DNA of 20,000 bases from the sequence record SRR20825019_669; one strand, 5' to 3'. Under the pieces are notes generated by a model that ran no database searches, was not told the DNA's origin, and saw only the letters and a program-made list of their open reading frames with translations. The position numbers and the translations under genes are program-made. Shown in pieces: positions 16,447 to 20,000 of this stretch. Positions within the stretch are counted from its first letter, which is position 1, and every line of letters starts with the position of its first letter.

Positions 16447-17526
16447 ATGTCCGACCAGGACGATGCAGATAAGTCAGAAGAACCGTCCGCCCGAAAACTT
16501 TCCCAGGCGCGGGAGAAGGGGCAGACTCTCAGTTCCAAGGAGGTGAATAATTTCGCCGTCCTTTTGGGCGCGACCTTGATCGTCGGCCTGATCGGACCTT
16601 ATTTGCTGATGGATATGAGCCACGCGCTCCTGTTCTTTATCGAACGCCCCGACCGTGTCGACATGAGCGCGGTCGGCCCGGTTCTTTTCGATACGCTGCT
16701 GAATGTCGGGCTCGCTATCGCGCCGTCGCTCGGCTTGCTTGTTTTCGTAGCTGCCGCAGGCATTCTCATACAGATCGGCTGGATGGTTTCTCCTGAATCC
16801 ATCATGCCGAAGCTTGAGAAAATATCGCCGATTAGCGGGGCGAAACGTCTGTTCAGCCTGAAGTCCGTGATGGAGCTGCTCAAGGGTATCATCAAGATGG
16901 TCCTGGTCGGCGTCGTTGCCTATCTGATCGTCTCTCCGGAATTCTCGCGCATCGAGTTGATGGTGCAGATGGATATCAAGGAGCTGCTTGGTGAAACCCA
17001 TTGGGTGGCGATCAAGCTGTTTGCCGGCGTGCTGGCCATCACGGGTGTGATGGCCGTGGTCGATTATCTCTACCAGCGCTTCGAGTTCATGAAACAGATG
17101 CGCATGTCCAAGCAGGAAGTGAAGGACGAGCACAAACAGACGGAAGGCGATCCGCATGTGAAGGCCCGGCTGCGTCAGCTCCGGGCGGAACGGGCTCGCA
17201 CGCGGATGATTGCCGAAGTGCCGAAGGCGACCGTGGTCGTGACGAACCCAACCCATTTCGCGGTCGCGCTGAAATATGAGATGGACGAAATGGCCGCCCC
17301 CAAAGTCGTTGCCAAGGGGGTGGATGCGGTTGCCCTGAAAATCAGGGAGGTCGCGACGGAAAACGATGTTCCGATCGTTGAAAACCGGCCGTTGGCACGG
17401 GCATTGTTCGACAATACGGAAATAGACGAGGAAATCCCGGAGGAGTATTTCAAGGCGGTGGCCGAGGTGATCAGTTACGTCTTCAAGATGAACAAATCGA
17501 ACGTGCCGGCGAACATCTCTCTATAA
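16447..17526 (+). CDS. flhB: Flagellar export substrate-specificity switch protein FlhB
   Basis: DKSEEPSARKLSQAREKGQ, four TM segments, MSKQEVKDEHKQTEGDPHVKARLR, and the NPTH autocleavage motif (17245-17256). ATG at 16447. Confidence 0.97.
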   Translation: MSDQDDADKSEEPSARKLSQAREKGQTLSSKEVNNFAVLLGATLIVGLIGPYLLMDMSHALLFFIERPDRVDMSAVGPVLFDTLLNVGLAIAPSLGLLVFVAAAGILIQIGWMVSPESIMPKLEKISPISGAKRLFSLKSVMELLKGIIKMVLVGVVAYLIVSPEFSRIELMVQMDIKELLGETHWVAIKLFAGVLAITGVMAVVDYLYQRFEFMKQMRMSKQEVKDEHKQTEGDPHVKARLRQLRAERARTRMIAEVPKATVVVTNPTHFAVALKYEMDEMAAPKVVAKGVDAVALKIREVATENDVPIVENRPLARALFDNTEIDEEIPEEYFKAVAEVISYVFKMNKSNVPANISL

Positions 17527-17587
17527 TCAAAGAGGACGGTGACAGGGAGCGGGAACGCTAAACCGTCCCATATTCTGGGGGGACCGG

Positions 17588-19612
17588 ATGGATCCGATGA
17601 TTATGCCCGTGGCGGGTGGTTTTCTGGCCGCCGCCATAGGTGCTGCCGCCGTCGTCAAACTGCGGCGCGACCGGGCGGCTCTCAGGGAGCTGAAAGCTGA
17701 GCGTGAGCAATTGCGGCGCGACGTTGCGGCCCTGACCGAAGAACTCTCGGACCGGGTCCTGGCAGCGAAAGCGGAAGCAGCACCGCCACTCCCGGTTTGC
17801 CGGTTTTCGGACGAAGGGCGCTTTCTGTCCGCGAACCAGATTTTTCTCGACCATTTTGCCGAAGGCGATGCGGAGAGTGCGGGCTCGAACAAGGTGGTTC
17901 TCCGCCTGCGCCTGATGGTCAGCAAACATATGGAAGAGGTCTGGGCGGAAGAACCGGGTAGACTTGTCATGGCTGGTACGGTGCCGGCGGGGGAGGGGCA
18001 GCCCGCCTGGCAGGTGCAGCTTGCAGCAAATAAGGAAGCCGAAGACGGTGGCGCCATTTGGGCGGTACTGTTGCCGGTGTCGGACAGCTGGAACGCACCG
18101 GCTCTCGACCATGCCCCGACGGGGGTCGCTTTTCTCGGGCCCGATTTCAAAACGCTTCATGCTAACGCGGCATATGACGCATTAGTCGAAGGTGTGGGGC
18201 CAGGCGCGGCAGAGCGGGGGCAGTTGTTTGTCGAGCTGATCGATGAAGAAGACCGCGAGACCGCGGCGCGCTTTCTGGATACGGCATCCGCGGACGGTGA
18301 CAACATTGAGGTGCAACTCGTCGACCGGGATGGTGGCGACGGTATCGAGGTCGCTGTTTTCTGCCGTTCCCTTAAAACCGGGGAGGGACCGGACGGCGCG
18401 GCGCTCGTTGTCTACCTGATTGATATCGGCCGCCGCCGTCAGCTCGAAGCACAGGTCGCCCAGTCGCAAAAGATGCAGGCCGTGGGCCAGCTCGCCGGTG
18501 GCGTTGCGCACGATTTCAATAATCTGCTGACGGCAATGAACGGCTATTGCGATCTCCTGCTTGCCCGTCATCGGCCCGGGGATCAGTCCTTCTCCGACGT
18601 CATGCAGGTCAAGCAGAACGCCAACCGGGCAGCGAATCTGGTGCGTCAGCTGCTCGCATTTTCCCGCCAGCAGACGATGATCGCGCGGGTGCTTGATGTC
18701 ACCGAGACCGTTGCGGATCTGTCGCATCTGCTGCGGCGCCTGATTGGCGAGAACATCGTCCTGAAGATCACCCATGGCCGCGAGCTCGCGCCGATCCGGG
18801 TCGATCAGGGACAACTTGAGCAGGTGGTGATCAATCTGGTTGTGAATGCGCGTGATGCCTGTCCCAGCGGCGGCACGATCACAATGCGGACCCATGACTT
18901 TGCCACCCAGACGCCGGTCCGGCGCGGCGATGACATGATGCCCGCCGGGCGTTACGTGCAACTCGATGTGGTGGATACCGGAACCGGCATCGAGGAAAAG
19001 ATCATAGGCCGGATTTTCGAGCCGTTCTTCTCGACCAAGGAGGTCGGGCAGGGAACCGGCCTTGGTCTTTCGACCGTCTATGGCATCGTGAAGCAGATCA
19101 ACGGCTTTATTTCCGTGGAGAGCACGGTCGGGGAAGGCACGACATTCTCCGTCTTTCTGCCTGCCTATGAGGGCACGGAAGCGCTGAGCAACCATAGTGA
19201 CGGGCAACTTGACGGAGCCGAATCCCGCAAGGACCTGACTGGGGTGGAGACCATCATGCTGGTCGAGGATGAGGATCCTGTCCGTCTGTTCGGTGCACGT
19301 GCATTGCGTAACAAGGGTTACAAGGTTATCGAGGCCCGGAACGGTGAAGCGGCCCTGCAGCTTTTGTCCGATGAGACGGAGGATATAGACCTTCTGATTA
19401 CCGATGTGGTGATGCCGGGAATGGACGGGCCGACACTTGTGCGCAAGGTGCGCGAGGACCGGCCGGGTCTCCGGGTGATCTGTATTTCAGGATATTCCGA
19501 GGATGCCCTGCGTCAGCGGATCGAGGAAGACACCAACATTCATTTTCTGCCGAAGCCGTTCAGCCTGAAGCAACTCGCCGGAACGGTGAAGGATGTGCTT
19601 CATCCACTGTGA
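17588..19612 (+). CDS. cckA: Hybrid histidine kinase/receiver CckA (cell-cycle kinase)
   Basis: N-terminal hydrophobic anchor, PAS-like regions, [23 protein letters not shown] (H-box), [35 protein letters not shown]-terminal receiver ([12 protein letters not shown]). The flhB-cckA-recA order is typical of alphaproteobacteria. Confidence 0.88.
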   Translation: MDPMIMPVAGGFLAAAIGAAAVVKLRRDRAALRELKAEREQLRRDVAALTEELSDRVLAAKAEAAPPLPVCRFSDEGRFLSANQIFLDHFAEGDAESAGSNKVVLRLRLMVSKHMEEVWAEEPGRLVMAGTVPAGEGQPAWQVQLAANKEAEDGGAIWAVLLPVSDSWNAPALDHAPTGVAFLGPDFKTLHANAAYDALVEGVGPGAAERGQLFVELIDEEDRETAARFLDTASADGDNIEVQLVDRDGGDGIEVAVFCRSLKTGEGPDGAALVVYLIDIGRRRQLEAQVAQSQKMQAVGQLAGGVAHDFNNLLTAMNGYCDLLLARHRPGDQSFSDVMQVKQNANRAANLVRQLLAFSRQQTMIARVLDVTETVADLSHLLRRLIGENIVLKITHGRELAPIRVDQGQLEQVVINLVVNARDACPSGGTITMRTHDFATQTPVRRGDDMMPAGRYVQLDVVDTGTGIEEKIIGRIFEPFFSTKEVGQGTGLGLSTVYGIVKQINGFISVESTVGEGTTFSVFLPAYEGTEALSNHSDGQLDGAESRKDLTGVETIMLVEDEDPVRLFGARALRNKGYKVIEARNGEAALQLLSDETEDIDLLITDVVMPGMDGPTLVRKVREDRPGLRVICISGYSEDALRQRIEEDTNIHFLPKPFSLKQLAGTVKDVLHPL

Positions 19613-19641
19613 ATATCTCGGGGTGATTCGGTGTTTTTCAG

Positions 19642-19656
19642 GAACACAAGGGGAAC
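19642..19656. promoter_or_regulatory. Alphaproteobacterial LexA (SOS) box, distal
   Basis: GAAC-ACAAGGG-GAAC is an exact GAAC-N7-GAAC match. Confidence 0.7.
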
Positions 19657-19729
19657 AAAAAGTCGATCTTCGACATCAAAACGCAAAATGTCGTGGCGGC
19701 GTTGAAAATGAATCCTAGATTTCGAACGT

Positions 19730-19744
19730 GAACAAAACAGGAAA
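19730..19744. promoter_or_regulatory. Degenerate LexA box
   Basis: GAAC-AAAACAG-GAAA has one mismatch to GAAC-N7-GAAC. Confidence 0.5.
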
Positions 19745-19760
19745 ATGTTCTTGTATTTGA

Positions 19761-19775
19761 GAACAAAAATGGTAC
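19761..19775. promoter_or_regulatory. LexA (SOS) box overlapping the probable recA promoter
   Basis: GAAC-AAAAATG-GTAC (GAAC-N7-GTAC variant), lying across the spacer and -10 of a candidate TTGTAT (19751-19756) / TACATC (19773-19778) promoter. Confidence 0.8.
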
Positions 19776-19883
19776 ATCCTGAAATCCGAATTTCAGTTCA
19801 GTCCCGTCCATGACGCTCATGGGGCAAACGGGACGGCACTGATTGCCATCGCAGGCGTCCTTGTGGGATATGGAGGATCGGGT

Positions 19884-20000
19884 ATGTCGGAACTAGCACT
19901 CAGAGTCATCGAACGGGACCCCATGGATAAGACAAAGGCGTTGGAAGCTGCCCTCGGCCAGATCGAGAAGGCATTTGGCAAGGGCTCGATCATGAAGCTC
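19884..20000 (+). CDS. recA: Recombinase RecA (5' end; runs off the right edge)
   Basis: Manual translation [39 protein letters not shown] after a GGAGG RBS gives the canonical RecA N-terminus. Not in the ORF track. Confidence 0.96.
   Translation, partial: MSELALRVIERDPMDKTKALEAALGQIEKAFGKGSIMKL

Noticed and set aside
13492..17526. EscU/YscU-like gene plus export genes read as an injectisome T3SS
   Set aside because: All neighbours are flagellar (rod, FliE, FliO, FliM, stator), and no secretin, needle or translocon genes are present.
15394..19207. Minus-strand ORFs of 200-341 aa opposite fliQ, fliR, flhB and cckA
   Set aside because: They fully overlap well-supported conserved genes and have no independent coding signal.

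Overview
GC-rich alphaproteobacterial (Rhodospirillales-like, by inference) chromosomal flagellar cluster. Minus strand, left: flgF-flgG-flgA (flgA truncated by the window edge and missing from the ORF track). Plus strand: fliL-fliM, a membrane-anchored coiled-coil gene (PflI/DUF6468-like), motE, cheY-cheZ, a MotB paralog lacking the essential Asp, canonical motB and a 1.2-kaa secreted TPR protein. Minus strand: a stand-alone FlhB C-terminal-domain gene, a hypothetical gene, fliO and fliP. Plus strand: flgB-flgC-fliE, fliQ-fliR-flhB, cckA and the 5' end of recA. Regulatory sites are readable directly: two sigma54 promoters, an IHF site, four FlbD/ftr-like dyads, a perfect CtrA box before cheY, and three alpha-type LexA boxes plus a long hairpin before recA. 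No mobile elements, CRISPR arrays or RNA genes were seen. Most genes are conserved flagellar machinery. The most interesting item is the putative stator-accessory module (Asp-less MotB + MotB + large TPR scaffold + MotE, placed behind cheYZ).
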